DNA from: Tabrizicola sp.
GTDB lineage: Bacteria; Pseudomonadota; Alphaproteobacteria; Rhodobacterales; Rhodobacteraceae
Reading direction: 5' to 3'
Length of the DNA: 64,000 nucleotides
Assembly: GCA_016792685.1 (NCBI GenBank)
Contig: JAEULQ010000134.1
Location: 11,240 to 75,239, forward strand
Both the position numbers and the translations under genes were made by a program. Positions 9,208-19,638 of this stretch are shown here, piece by piece. Within the stretch, counting starts at the first letter, position 1; each line of letters starts with the position of its first letter. The notes under the pieces are model-generated. The model was not told where the DNA came from, ran no database searches, and saw only the letters and a list, made by a program, of their open reading frames with translations.

Positions 9208-9975
9208 CTACTTGTCCAGCACCAGTGTTGCCGAGCCGGCGGACATTGACGCGTCAGATTTGTCAAAGCGCAGATAGGCAATGCCGCGCCCCCCGGACTG
9301 GGTGTAAAGCTGGCCGATGGCCCGGCCGTCCGAAAGGATCTCGGAGCCGACGGGGGCCGCGCCTTGCACGATCACCCGGGAAAGGCCTTTGCGCAGTTCG
9401 GTCTTGTGCTTCATCCGGGCCGTGACTTCCTGGCCAACATAGCAGCCTTTCCGGAAATCGACTCCGTGCAGCCGCTCGAAACCCTGTTCCAGGATGTAGC
9501 TTTCATCAGGCACAAGCTCGATCCCGCTTTCCGGGATCAGATGTTCGACCCGGATTTGGTCCCAGTCGATCCCCGGGGCCGCGCCCGGGGTTGCGGTCCA
9601 GGCCCGCCAGCCAAGGGCGGAATGACGGGGATCGGGCAGGGCATCTTCTGGCGGCTCGCCAAGTCCGCGCAGGACATGAAGCCCTGACGCTACGATCTGA
9701 ACATCCGCGCGAAGCCGGTACATCGTCAGGCGCCGCAGCGTGTCGGCCGCAAGGCATGTGGCGATGTCGATCAGCAGAAGTCCGTCCTTCCGGCGCACCA
9801 CGAAGAAGTCGGCCAGATACTTGCCTTGCGGGGTCAGAAGTGCGGCCCAGACGATACCAGGGCCCGCCTCCAGCGGACGAAGGTCGTTCGACACCAGACC
9901 CTGCAAGAAGCTCAGGGCGTCTTTGCCGGTCAGCGTCCAGACGGTACGGTCGTTTGTGGTTTCGCCTGTGGTCAT
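9208..9975 (-). CDS. ygfZ: YgfZ/GcvT-like folate-binding Fe-S assembly protein
   Basis: G.DA..FLQGLVSND, LLTPQGK and the signature KGCYVGQE. Confidence 0.92.
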   Translation of the reverse strand: MTTGETTNDRTVWTLTGKDALSFLQGLVSNDLRPLEAGPGIVWAALLTPQGKYLADFFVVRRKDGLLLIDIATCLAADTLRRLTMYRLRADVQIVASGLHVLRGLGEPPEDALPDPRHSALGWRAWTATPGAAPGIDWDQIRVEHLIPESGIELVPDESYILEQGFERLHGVDFRKGCYVGQEVTARMKHKTELRKGLSRVIVQGAAPVGSEILSDGRAIGQLYTQSGGRGIAYLRFDKSDASMSAGSATLVLDK

Positions 9976-10014
9976 GGCTTGCAGTTTAGGCGCGGCCTCG
10001 GGCAGGTGAAAGGC

Positions 10015-11766
10015 TTAGTCACGCAGTTGTGCCTGATGCAGTTGGGAATAGAAGCCGCCCCTGGCCATTAAAACATCATGCGTGCCCTCTTCGACGAGAC
10101 GGCCCTGATCAAGCACGATGATCTTGTCAGCCCGCTTCACCGTCGAAAGCCGATGCGCGATGACCAAGGTCGTCCGCCCCGCCTGAGCCCGCGCCAAAGC
10201 GTCCGAGACAGCCGCCTCGGTCTTCGTGTCCAGGGCCGAGGTCGCTTCGTCCAGCAGCAGGACAGGAGCATTTGCCAGAAGCGCACGCGCGATTGCGATG
10301 CGCTGGCGCTGCCCGCCCGAAAGAGCCGATCCGCGCGGTCCTGCGGGCGTGGACAGTCCCAGGGGCATGGTTGCCGTGAAACTGCTTACACCGGCATCGT
10401 CCAGCACTTCGGCCAGACGGGCAGGGTCGACCTCGGTCTGGCCGAGAAGCAGGTTTTCCAGCAGCGTTTCATCGAACAATGCCGCGTCCTGCGAGACCGA
10501 GGCCATAAGCCCGCGTTGATCGGCAAGGCTCATGTCCTGCACATCGACGCCACCGATCAGGATGCGGCCGGACTGCGGTTCGATCAGGGCTGCGATCAAT
10601 TGAAACACCGTCGATTTGCCCGCACCCGAACTTCCGACAAGGGCGGTGACCTTGCCGGCTTCCGCCGTGAAACTCAGCCCGTCCAGCACCGGCCGGTCGG
10701 GATAGGCAAAGCGGACAGCCTCGAACGTGATCTCTGGTGCCCCGGCATCTGGCCGCATGCGGCTTTCCGCCGGGCGCTTGCCGCCGGCTTTCGTGTCGAA
10801 AAGCTCGAAGATCCGTTCAAGACTGGCCTCCGCGACCTGCCATTGCCCTGCCAGATCGCTCAGGCGTCGGATCGGCTGGAAGGTCAGCGCCATGGCCGTG
10901 AAGAAGGACATGAACTCACCCGTCGTCCGCGCACCGCTGGCAACCTCGCTGCCGCCAAACATCAGGACCGCGAAGAAGCCAAGCCCGGTTATCACGTCGA
11001 CAAGCGCTGGCATGGTCGCGCGGCCTAGCGCCGTCTTCACTTCGGCCTGGATCAGGGCGTCAATGATGCGCTGGAACCGGTTGGCCTGATAGGCCTCCAT
11101 CCGGTTCAGCTTGACCGCCTGGATGCCGTGAAAGATTTCGTCCAGCCGTGTTGCGCGCAGGCCCGACTGTTCACGGGTGAGCATTGCCTTGCGGTGAAGA
11201 TAGCGGCGCAGAACGACCGCGGGCAGCAGCAGAAGCGGGGCGCCGATCAGCGCCGCCGCAGTCCAGAGCGGATCGATCATGATCGCCACGACAAAAAGGC
11301 CGATGAGCGAAACAAGGTCGCGACCGATCCCGCCGATCACCAATGTTGCCGCACCCTGGGCCGCCAGCGTATCGCCCTGAACCCGTTCGATCAGTTTGCC
11401 GGGAGAGTTGTCCTGGAAGAAGCCGGCGTCCAACGTCAGCAGATGTCGCACGAGGTCGGCCTGCATAGCCCCGGTTGAGGCCTGGTTGACCCGCGCCAGC
11501 AGCCAGCGACCGACGACCGAAGTCACAGCCCTGATGAGGAACAGGGCAAGGATCGCGCCCCCAACCCAGATGAGCGCGGCCGACCCTCCGGGCGCAAAGA
11601 CGCGGTCGAACAGGGGCTCGAGCATGTAGGACAGAAGACCGAGCGTCGAGCCCTCGATCATCATGACGCCAAAGGCCAGCAGCATCAGCGGCAGATGCGG
11701 CCGCAGGTATGCGCGCCAGAAACGGCCGAAAAGTTGGCGGGACGTATAGGCGCGAGGGGGCTGCAA
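10015..11766 (-). CDS. MsbA-like ABC exporter (fused permease/ATPase)
   Basis: N-terminal TM domain, Walker A GSSGAGKS, LSGGQRQR, LLLDEATSALD, IAHRLST. TTG start approximate. Confidence 0.9.
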   Translation of the reverse strand: MQPPRAYTSRQLFGRFWRAYLRPHLPLMLLAFGVMMIEGSTLGLLSYMLEPLFDRVFAPGGSAALIWVGGAILALFLIRAVTSVVGRWLLARVNQASTGAMQADLVRHLLTLDAGFFQDNSPGKLIERVQGDTLAAQGAATLVIGGIGRDLVSLIGLFVVAIMIDPLWTAAALIGAPLLLLPAVVLRRYLHRKAMLTREQSGLRATRLDEIFHGIQAVKLNRMEAYQANRFQRIIDALIQAEVKTALGRATMPALVDVITGLGFFAVLMFGGSEVASGARTTGEFMSFFTAMALTFQPIRRLSDLAGQWQVAEASLERIFELFDTKAGGKRPAESRMRPDAGAPEITFEAVRFAYPDRPVLDGLSFTAEAGKVTALVGSSGAGKSTVFQLIAALIEPQSGRILIGGVDVQDMSLADQRGLMASVSQDAALFDETLLENLLLGQTEVDPARLAEVLDDAGVSSFTATMPLGLSTPAGPRGSALSGGQRQRIAIARALLANAPVLLLDEATSALDTKTEAAVSDALARAQAGRTTLVIAHRLSTVKRADKIIVLDQGRLVEEGTHDVLMARGGFYSQLHQAQLRD

Positions 11767-11889
11767 GGGGCTTGGCCTTTCGGTCGGGCTTTGCGGGGTT
11801 TACCGGGAAAGCCCGGATGTCTCAAGCCGGGCGCATTGACGCTGGCGCGGCCACGTCCTAGCCATGGCGCGGAAGAGTTGGAGATCCCC

Positions 11890-13095
11890 ATGTCCCTTGC
11901 CCACGGCCATCCCTATCTGGCCATTCCCGGCCCCTCGGTCATTCCCGACCGGGTTCAGCGCGCCATGCACCGCGGCTCACCCAACATCTACGAAGGCCCG
12001 TTGGTCGAGATGGTGACAGGGCTATTCCCCGATCTGCGCATAATTGCCGGAACCACGGGACATGTCGCAATCTATGTGGGCAATGGTCACGCCGGATGGG
12101 AGGCCGCGAATGCGAACCTTTTTAGCCGGGGCGAAAAGGCACTTGTTCTGGCTGTGGGCCAGTTCGGCCTTTCCTGGGCAAACGCGGCGCGCAACATGGG
12201 CATCGAGGTCGAGGTCCTGGATTTCGGCAAATCCTCTCCGCCGGACCTAGGCCGCGTCGAGGCGGCCTTGCGGGCCGATACCGCGAACCGGATCAAGGCC
12301 GTCCTGACCACCCATGTCGACACGGCCAGCACGATCAAGACCGACATCCCAGCGCTGCGGGCGGCGATGGATGCGACGGGGCATCCGGCGCTTCTTGCGG
12401 TCGACTGCATCGCCTCGCTGGGCTGTGACGAGTTTCGCATGGACGACTGGGGCGTCGATGTGATGGTTGCGGCCTGCCAGAAGGGGCTCATGACGCCGCC
12501 TGGCATGGCCTTTGTCTGGTTTTCCGAAGCCGCGCGCCTGCGCTGCGGCCGGAGCGATCTGGCGACGCCCTATTGGGCCTGGGGTCCCCGCGCCGAGCCG
12601 GAGGAGTTCTGGCAGATCTGGGACGGAACCGCGCCCACCTCACACCTTTATGGCCTGCGCGAGGCTTTGGACATGCTGCGCGAAGAGGGGCTGCCGAATG
12701 TCTGGCGCCGTCACCGGGTGCTGGCCGGGTCGGTCTGGGCCGCTTTCGATGCCTGGTCGGCCGGCAATCCGCAGATCGCCATGAACGTGGCCGACCCCGC
12801 CCATCGCGGCACGTCGGTCACGGCGGCCCGGTTCGGGGCGCCCCACGCGACGCGACTCCGCGAGTGGTGCGAGACAAAAGCCGGCGTGACCCTGGGCATC
12901 GGCCTTGGCATGGCGCCCTCGACCGATCCGGCCTATCACGGCTTCCTCCGCGTGGCACATATGGGCCATGTGAACGCGCATATGACGCTTGGCGCGCTGG
13001 CGGTCATGGAGGCCGGGATGACCGCGCTGCAAATCCCGCACGGACCGGGTGCTTTGGACGCCGCGGCCCGGGTTGTGGCCGAGGGGGCAGGTTGA
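11890..13095 (+). CDS. Class V PLP aminotransferase (serine/alanine-glyoxylate type)
   Basis: LAIPGPS, VDCIASLG, QKGLMTPPG (PLP lysine), LRVAHMG. GGAGA RBS. Confidence 0.88.
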   Translation: MSLAHGHPYLAIPGPSVIPDRVQRAMHRGSPNIYEGPLVEMVTGLFPDLRIIAGTTGHVAIYVGNGHAGWEAANANLFSRGEKALVLAVGQFGLSWANAARNMGIEVEVLDFGKSSPPDLGRVEAALRADTANRIKAVLTTHVDTASTIKTDIPALRAAMDATGHPALLAVDCIASLGCDEFRMDDWGVDVMVAACQKGLMTPPGMAFVWFSEAARLRCGRSDLATPYWAWGPRAEPEEFWQIWDGTAPTSHLYGLREALDMLREEGLPNVWRRHRVLAGSVWAAFDAWSAGNPQIAMNVADPAHRGTSVTAARFGAPHATRLREWCETKAGVTLGIGLGMAPSTDPAYHGFLRVAHMGHVNAHMTLGALAVMEAGMTALQIPHGPGALDAAARVVAEGAG

Positions 13096-13799
13096 GCTGG
13101 TTCCTGACTCGGTCGCTGGCACCGGGCGTCTTCGTGACGCTGGAACCCGCCGTCGATCCGATGTTCCGGGCCACGATGGTTACAGTCCTGGGTCGTGATC
13201 GCGACCTTCAATTCGACTTCGGTTGCGGGCTGGTAACCTTGCGGCCCTCACTGCCGCTTTCGGGCAAACCCGTGGTCGCAGTGGCAAGCCACGCCCATGT
13301 CGATCACATCGGTGCCCTGCACGAGTTCTCGGACCGCCGGGCCCATGCTGCCGAAGCGACCGGCTATGCCGGTTTGCCGGGGGTCGAGACCTTTGCCGAC
13401 GAATTCCGCTCCTGGGACACCCTGGTCACCGCTTTGCCCGAACCGGGCTGGACCATCGACACCTGGTCGCTGCATCCGGCCCCCCTGACCGAAACCTTGG
13501 CTGAAGGCGACCGGGTCGATATTGGCGACCGCGCCTTCACCGTCCTGCATCTGCCGGGCCATTCCCCCGGAGGCATCGGCCTGCTGGATGAAGTCGATGG
13601 GCTTTTCCTGACCGGAGACGCGATCTACGACGACGAGATCCTCGACGATCTGCCGGGAGCCTCGATCCCCGACTACCTGGCGACGATGGAACGGCTGCGC
13701 CGGATCGACTGCCATCTTGCCATCGGTGGCCACGGGCCCGAGATGACCCGGGCCCGGATGGCAGCCATTGCCGAAGACTACCTGAAGCGGCGGGGATAG
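13092..13799 (+). CDS. MBL-fold metallo-hydrolase
   Basis: HAHVDH, PGHSPG, GDAIYD and GGHG. TTG start overlaps the upstream TGA. Confidence 0.85.
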   Translation: MSWFLTRSLAPGVFVTLEPAVDPMFRATMVTVLGRDRDLQFDFGCGLVTLRPSLPLSGKPVVAVASHAHVDHIGALHEFSDRRAHAAEATGYAGLPGVETFADEFRSWDTLVTALPEPGWTIDTWSLHPAPLTETLAEGDRVDIGDRAFTVLHLPGHSPGGIGLLDEVDGLFLTGDAIYDDEILDDLPGASIPDYLATMERLRRIDCHLAIGGHGPEMTRARMAAIAEDYLKRRG

Positions 13800-13833
13800 G
13801 CGCGCGGCCCCCCGACGCCCGGTCGTGACGACA

Positions 13834-14190
13834 TCAGCCGCCGTTCTTGGCCAGCCACTCCTGCATCCACTTGATCTCGGCTTCCTGGGCGGCGATCACC
13901 GCTTCGGCAAGCTTGCGGACCTCGGGGTCTGTGCCATGCTCAAGGACGATCCGCGCCATTTCGACAGCGCCCTGATGATGCGGGATCATGCCGCGGATGA
14001 AATCCACGTCTGCATTGCCGGAATACTCGATCGCCATGCTCTGATGCATCCGGTCATTGGCCTCCATGAACGCCATCGAGGACGGGCCCATGTCGCCCAT
14101 CATCGCATGGCCCTCGTGCCCGGTGGACTCTTGCGCCAATGCCGGCAGCGCGGCGGCGAGGAACAGGGCGAGTGACAGACGGGTCGGCAT
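13834..14190 (-). CDS. DUF305/CopM-like periplasmic metal-binding protein
   Basis: Signal peptide, His/Met-rich N-terminus, DVDFIRGMIPHHQGAVEMA and QEAEIKWM. Confidence 0.88.
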   Translation of the reverse strand: MPTRLSLALFLAAALPALAQESTGHEGHAMMGDMGPSSMAFMEANDRMHQSMAIEYSGNADVDFIRGMIPHHQGAVEMARIVLEHGTDPEVRKLAEAVIAAQEAEIKWMQEWLAKNGG

Positions 14191-14394
14191 CGTGAATCTC
14201 CTTCATGCTGATGTCGGAAGATTCCCGCCTTCCCATGCGGGAAGGAAACTCATTTCCGCGTGATCGGGATTGTCGCGCCCCTGTGCACGACCGAAACCGA
14301 TCTGTGCGGGGATCGCGGGGAACTGCCCCTTTCCGCAAGTGCAGCATCAGGCTATGGTCATGGACAGAGTGCAACTGGACAAACGGTGCATCGG

Positions 14395-15183
14395 GTGAAA
14401 CGCAAGGGGCACAGGCCCGTCGTTGGGATCATCGGCAACAGCTATATGATCAACGACAGCTATCCGGCCCATTCCAGCGGGACGATGAATTCGGCCGCCG
14501 TGGCCGAGGTCGCCGGTTGTGTTCCGCTGATCATCCCTTCTGACCCGCGTTATGTCAGCGTCGAGGAACTGCTGGAGCTTTGCGACGGGTTTCTTTTGAC
14601 GGGCGGGCGTCCGAACGTCCATCCCAGCGAATATGGGGAAGAAGAGACACCGGCCCATGGCGCCTTTGATCGCGGCCGCGACGCGATCACGCTGCCGTTG
14701 ATCCGGGCCTGCGTCGACCGGGGCCAACCGTTTCTGGGGATCTGCCGGGGCTTTCAGGAAGTGAACGTCGCCCTGGGTGGCACGCTCCATCCCGAGATCC
14801 GCGAGTTGCCGGGCCGCATGAACCACCGCATGCCGCCCAAGGGCACGCTGGAAGAATGCTTCGCGCTCCGCCACGCGGTGACCTTTACCGAAGGCGGGGT
14901 CTTCCATCGCCTGATGGGCGCGCGCGAGGTGATGACAAACACCTTGCACGGGCAGGGTATCGCCCGACCCGCCAAAGAGATCGTGATTGACGGCCATGCT
15001 CCTGACGGCACGCCCGAAGCGATCTACGTCAAGGACGCGCCCGGCTTTACCCTTTCGGTGCAGTGGCATCCGGAATGGAATGCCGACAGCGACCCCGTCT
15101 CGCGTCCGCTATTCCGCGCCTTCGGTCGTGCCGTCGCCGACTGGGCAGGGCGCGACGCTGTGGCGGCCCGCCGGTCGGCCTGA
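14395..15183 (+). CDS. Gamma-glutamyl-GABA hydrolase (PuuD/peptidase C26) family
   Basis: RPVVGII, LLTGG, GICRG nucleophile elbow, QWHPE. GTG start approximate. Confidence 0.85.
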   Translation: MKRKGHRPVVGIIGNSYMINDSYPAHSSGTMNSAAVAEVAGCVPLIIPSDPRYVSVEELLELCDGFLLTGGRPNVHPSEYGEEETPAHGAFDRGRDAITLPLIRACVDRGQPFLGICRGFQEVNVALGGTLHPEIRELPGRMNHRMPPKGTLEECFALRHAVTFTEGGVFHRLMGAREVMTNTLHGQGIARPAKEIVIDGHAPDGTPEAIYVKDAPGFTLSVQWHPEWNADSDPVSRPLFRAFGRAVADWAGRDAVAARRSA

Positions 15184-15266
15184 TAGGCGCCGCGAGTTGA
15201 TCCTGATCAGGGTTGCCCGAATCCCCTTGGGATAGGAACGCGCTACCTTCAAGGAGGGGTTCCAAG

Positions 15267-15815
15267 ATGATCCTGATTGCCTATGCCACAACCGATGGCC
15301 AGACCCGAAAGATCGCCCGTTTCGCGGCGGACAGGTTGGCCGGGCAAGGCCACGCGGTCGAGCTTCTGAATGTCGAGGATGCCGAAGGGCTGGAGCTCGC
15401 ACGTTTCGACGCGGCAATCCTTGCCGGATCATTGCATGCGGGCGGTTACCAGAAGGCGCTGCGACAATTCGTGACCGGGGCGAAGCCCGCCCTTGATGCC
15501 TTGCCGACCCTCTTTCTGGCCGTCTCTCTCTCGGCCGCTGGCAACGACCCGGATGACTGGAAAGGTCTTCGTGCCTGTCTTGATGAGTTCCAGGAAGACA
15601 CCGGCTGGACACCGGGCAGGACCGAACATGTCGCCGGCGCGTTCCGGTTTTCCGAATATGATTTCTTCCGCGCCTGGGCGATGCGCCGCATCGCGGACCA
15701 GAAGGGCCAACCGGTCGAGGCCGGGAAAGACAAGGAATACACCGACTGGGCCGCGCTGGGTAAGATGCTGGACGGGTGGGTCTCCGGGCTCGGGCCTCGG
15801 GTCAAAGGGGCCTGA
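15267..15815 (+). CDS. HemG-like flavodoxin-domain protein
   Basis: ILIAYATTDGQTRKIA, FLAVSLSAA and EYTDW. AGGAGG RBS. Confidence 0.85.
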   Translation: MILIAYATTDGQTRKIARFAADRLAGQGHAVELLNVEDAEGLELARFDAAILAGSLHAGGYQKALRQFVTGAKPALDALPTLFLAVSLSAAGNDPDDWKGLRACLDEFQEDTGWTPGRTEHVAGAFRFSEYDFFRAWAMRRIADQKGQPVEAGKDKEYTDWAALGKMLDGWVSGLGPRVKGA

Positions 15816-17106
15816 GCTTCAACTTGGTGATCCGGTTCTCGCGCTTTGCGACCACTTCGAAGCGGAAGCCGTGAAAGCTGAAGACCTGGCCCTCGTTCGG
15901 GATCATCTGGGCTTCGTGGATGACAAGTCCTGCGATGGTGTTCGCCTCGTCATCCGGCAGACGCCAGTCCGTCGCGCGGTTAAGGTCGCGGATCGTCATC
16001 GCCCCGTCGATCAGATAGGCGCCATCCTCGGTCTGAGTCAGGCCCGAATCCTTGTGCACGACATCGAACTCATCGGTGATGTCGCCGACGATTTCCTCAA
16101 GGATGTCCTCCAGCGTGATCAGCCCCTGCAGCGTACCGTATTCGTCGACGACCAGCGCGAAATGAGTGCGCCGGGCGAGGAACTCGCGCATCTGCTCGTC
16201 CAGCGCGGTGGTGTCGGGGATGAAATAGGGTTTCATCGCCACCTTTTCGATCTCCAGGCTCTCGATCCCGGCGACGGAACCATCCTCGCCACGGACCAGC
16301 CGGTCGACTTCGCGCAAGAGGTCCTTGGCATGGATGACGCCCAGGATGTGGTCATCACTCTCGCGAAAGAGCGGCAAGCGCGTGTGGGGCGAAGCCAGGA
16401 CACGGGTTATGATTTCACCAGGAGGCAAGTCGGCGTCGATCATTTCGATCTGGCGGCGGTGGCGCATGATCTCGTCGACCGTGCGATGGCTTAGATCCAG
16501 CGCCCCAAGCAGTCGGTCGCGGTCCGCCTTCTCCACGGTGCCCTCGGAATGGCCAAGCGCGATGGCCCCGGCGATCTCTTCGCGCCGGGCCAGCATTTCG
16601 CCCCCGGGGCTGGATCGCAGACCGAACAGCCGCAACAAGCCTCGTACTACGGCCCGGACCACTGAAACGATTGGCGAAAAAGCTACGATCAGGACGCGGA
16701 TCAGCGGTGCCACGCGCGTTGCGACCGGTTCGGGGTAGGTGATGGCCACGGTCTTTGGCATGACCTCCCCGAAGATCAGCACCAGCGCGGTCATGGCAAA
16801 GGTCGCAAGTGCCACACCGCTGTCCCCGAAAATCCGGGTCAGCAAGGCCGTGGCAAGCGAGGCGGACAGGATATTGACGATGTTGTTCCCCAGAAGCAGC
16901 GCACCGATCATCCTTTCGCGATCCTCGGTCACCTTCATTGCCGCCTTCGCCCCGCGTGAGCCCTTGTCAGCTTGCGCCTTCAGTTTGCTGCGGGACGCTG
17001 CTGTAAGCGCGGTTTCTGAGCCTGAGAAAAAGGCAGACAGCACCAGCAGCACCAGGATGGCGGCGCAGGTCAGCCAGAAGGCGGCGTCAATCATCTCGGT
17101 CGGCAT
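15802..17106 (-). CDS. HlyC/CorC (CNNM-CBS-CorC) transporter
   Basis: LSAFFSGSETALT, FGEVMPK, CBS pair (HTRLPLF, VVDEYG..GLITLEDILEEIVGDITDE), CorC C-terminus. Confidence 0.92.
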   Translation of the reverse strand: MPTEMIDAAFWLTCAAILVLLVLSAFFSGSETALTAASRSKLKAQADKGSRGAKAAMKVTEDRERMIGALLLGNNIVNILSASLATALLTRIFGDSGVALATFAMTALVLIFGEVMPKTVAITYPEPVATRVAPLIRVLIVAFSPIVSVVRAVVRGLLRLFGLRSSPGGEMLARREEIAGAIALGHSEGTVEKADRDRLLGALDLSHRTVDEIMRHRRQIEMIDADLPPGEIITRVLASPHTRLPLFRESDDHILGVIHAKDLLREVDRLVRGEDGSVAGIESLEIEKVAMKPYFIPDTTALDEQMREFLARRTHFALVVDEYGTLQGLITLEDILEEIVGDITDEFDVVHKDSGLTQTEDGAYLIDGAMTIRDLNRATDWRLPDDEANTIAGLVIHEAQMIPNEGQVFSFHGFRFEVVAKRENRITKLKLRPL

Positions 17107-17124
17107 CGGGTCCTTCAGAAGCTT

Positions 17125-18063
17125 TCAGCCCTTGCGGGCCAGGGGGTGACGGGTCAGCACAAGGTCTCTCAGGTGGTCATCCAGCACATGCGTGTAGATT
17201 TCGGTGGTGGCAACATCGGCATGACCCAGCAGCGTCTGGATCACTCGAAGATCGGCGCCATGGGCCAGAAGATGGGTGGCAAAGGCATGGCGCAGCACAT
17301 GCGGCGTCACCTTGGCCGGCGAAAGACCGGCCAGGACGGCGACGTCCTTGACCAGATGGTGGAAATACTGGCGTGTCAGGTGCCCGTCGCGGCCATCGCC
17401 GGGAAAAAGGAAGCGGGACGGTGCCTTACCAGACTTCCGGCCTTCTTCCTCCAGGGCATCGCGCTCTGCCAGCCAGGCGCCAAGTGCCACGCGTGCCAGG
17501 TTCGACAGCGGCACCATCCGCTCCTTGTCGCCCTTGCCCCGGACAAGGACCATCCGCGGATCGCCCCGGACAGCGGCCACCGGCAGGCTGACAAGTTCGC
17601 TGACCCGCAGACCCGTTGCGTAGAGAAGCTCGAAAAGCGCCGTGTCCCGCAGCCTTTCGACGGGATTGCGTCCGCGGATGCGGGCTGCCTCGATCAGCCG
17701 GGTGACCTCGGCCTCGGTCAGGGTTTTCGGCAGGCTCTGCGCCTTGCCGGGACCCGAAAGCCGCAGCGCCGGATTGTCGCCGCGCCAGCCCTCCTCGAAG
17801 GCGAAGCGATAAAGCTGGCGGATCGATGACAGCCGCCGCGCGCGGGTCGCTTTGGACAGGCCCTGCGCGTCGCAGTGAACCAGATAGGTCTCGACCTCGT
17901 CCCGCCCAGCCTGCATGAGGGTCTTGCCCTTGCGCTGAAGCCAATCGGCAAAGTCCACCAGGTCGCGGCCATAGGCCAACTGGGTGTTTCGCGATGCCCC
18001 GAGTTCAGCCGCCCGAGCATCCAGAAAGGTCGAGATCCAGCGGCTGGCCTCGGCATCGGGCAT
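17125..18063 (-). CDS. xerD: Tyrosine recombinase XerD
   Basis: LYATGLRVSEL, GKGDKER, TPHVLRHAFATHLL and LLGHADVATTEIYTHV. Typical location near aroK/aroB. Confidence 0.93.
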   Translation of the reverse strand: MPDAEASRWISTFLDARAAELGASRNTQLAYGRDLVDFADWLQRKGKTLMQAGRDEVETYLVHCDAQGLSKATRARRLSSIRQLYRFAFEEGWRGDNPALRLSGPGKAQSLPKTLTEAEVTRLIEAARIRGRNPVERLRDTALFELLYATGLRVSELVSLPVAAVRGDPRMVLVRGKGDKERMVPLSNLARVALGAWLAERDALEEEGRKSGKAPSRFLFPGDGRDGHLTRQYFHHLVKDVAVLAGLSPAKVTPHVLRHAFATHLLAHGADLRVIQTLLGHADVATTEIYTHVLDDHLRDLVLTRHPLARKG

Positions 18064-18066
18064 GAC

Positions 18067-19638
18067 CTAGCCCCGCCGTTCCAGGATCATCAGTTCAAGG
18101 GCCGTGCGCCGTGCGACCGCTTCCAGCCCAAGTGCAAGCAGCACGGAAAGGCCTTCGGTCACGCCCCGCAGATCGCCCTGGACGCCTCTGCCGATATTGT
18201 CGATCGCCGTCAGGATCGCCTCACCCTTGCGATTGCCATCGATCAGTGCCTGGGCGTCCGTCGAAGGTGTCGGGCTCCGGAAAGCGGCCGAAATCGCCCG
18301 CCCCAGGCTGTCGGGGGGCAGGGCACTGGTCGTTTTGCCGGTCGCGACCGCGACCAGAAAGGCATCGGTCGCGTCGGCCGACCTGTGCTTGCGGGCGGCC
18401 AACTCGGCATAGGGCGACAGAAGCCCGACCCGGAAGGCAATCGCCGCCGCTTCGCCCTGCAGTGACAGCTCTTGCAGGGCCTTGCCGAAAAGCACGGCAA
18501 ACGGCACCTCAAGTTCGACTTCCTGCATCCGCGCCCAGACTTCGGGCAGCGTTTCGGCTACGCGCGCGGCGTCACCCGCACTCATCGCAGTCTCGAAGGC
18601 CTGAAACGCTTCGGTGCGATCCCAGACCCCTCCGGAGGCCGCCGGATCGCGTTCGGTATAAAGCCCCAGAATCACATTCGGCGGGATCGTTCCGGCCCGG
18701 GTCAGCCGTTCGGCCGCTTCGATTTGCGCCTTCCAGCCGGCCCGCGGTCCAAGTTCGGCATAGGAAAAGGCCACCGGCAGGCCTTCGGTCGGCAGCGGCT
18801 CGCCAATAGCCGCGTAAATCATCCAGTCCAGCGGCGTGACCGGGTTCGGCGCTGGCGGAACCGGCTCGCCCTCGTAGAGCTCTGGGTCGAGGAAACGTGA
18901 GAGAAGTGCCGCCTGATCGGACGAGATCTGGCCAAGGGCTTCCGAGGTGCGGATGGTCAAGGCGGCCGTGTCCCAGTCACCCGACCGCGCGAGGCAGAAG
19001 ATGCGCGCCGGTACCGTTGGCGCCAGATGCGGTTCGCTTGCCATCAATTCGCAAGCCCGATCCTCGGCCCCGGTCAGAAGCGCCACATCGAAGGAGCGTC
19101 GGAAAAGTTCGGGCGTGGTCGCGCCGACCGCGTCGATCAGGGCCGCGGCCTGTTCAAGCGCGCCCAGGGCCAGAAGCTTGTCGATCCGTGTCTGCAAAAG
19201 CTCGCCCCGGCCACCCGCATCGACCGGTGCGGCGACCTCGGCCAAGAGGATTGTCAGGAACAGCTGGCGCAGGGCGGGCAGGTCGTCGTCCGGGTGTGTG
19301 ACCAGCTTCTCGGCGATCTCGCGCGTCAGCCCGGCCCCCCAGAGGTCGCGCGGCAAGCCCGAGACAGCCGGCGAGATCAGCCCTACGGCATCCGGCGACG
19401 GCCCGTCCAGCGCCGAGGTCGTCACGGTCACCGGCAGTGCACCGCCTGCTTCGGTCACCGGCGGCTCGTCGATCGCGATAGCCACTCCACCAGACGTCCC
19501 GCCGGTCGGGACGGTCGCAACCGACTTTGACAGCCAATCGATGGCCGAAAGCGGGCCGCTTGCGGCAGTCTGTTCCTGGGCCGCAACCGGCCCGGCACAG
19601 ATCAGCAGGAATAGAAGCCTGACCGCATCAATCCGCAT
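18067..19638 (-). CDS. Exported helical hypothetical protein
   Basis: 523-aa ORF with signal peptide and Ala/Leu-rich helical body. Ends 3 nt before the xerD start. Confidence 0.8.
   Translation of the reverse strand: MRIDAVRLLFLLICAGPVAAQEQTAASGPLSAIDWLSKSVATVPTGGTSGGVAIAIDEPPVTEAGGALPVTVTTSALDGPSPDAVGLISPAVSGLPRDLWGAGLTREIAEKLVTHPDDDLPALRQLFLTILLAEVAAPVDAGGRGELLQTRIDKLLALGALEQAAALIDAVGATTPELFRRSFDVALLTGAEDRACELMASEPHLAPTVPARIFCLARSGDWDTAALTIRTSEALGQISSDQAALLSRFLDPELYEGEPVPPAPNPVTPLDWMIYAAIGEPLPTEGLPVAFSYAELGPRAGWKAQIEAAERLTRAGTIPPNVILGLYTERDPAASGGVWDRTEAFQAFETAMSAGDAARVAETLPEVWARMQEVELEVPFAVLFGKALQELSLQGEAAAIAFRVGLLSPYAELAARKHRSADATDAFLVAVATGKTTSALPPDSLGRAISAAFRSPTPSTDAQALIDGNRKGEAILTAIDNIGRGVQGDLRGVTEGLSVLLALGLEAVARRTALELMILERRG

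Noticed and set aside
17125-18063. Tyrosine recombinase as a possible integrase marking a mobile element
   Set aside because: Sequence and aroK/aroB/corC context match housekeeping XerD. No att sites, tRNA or cargo genes are nearby.
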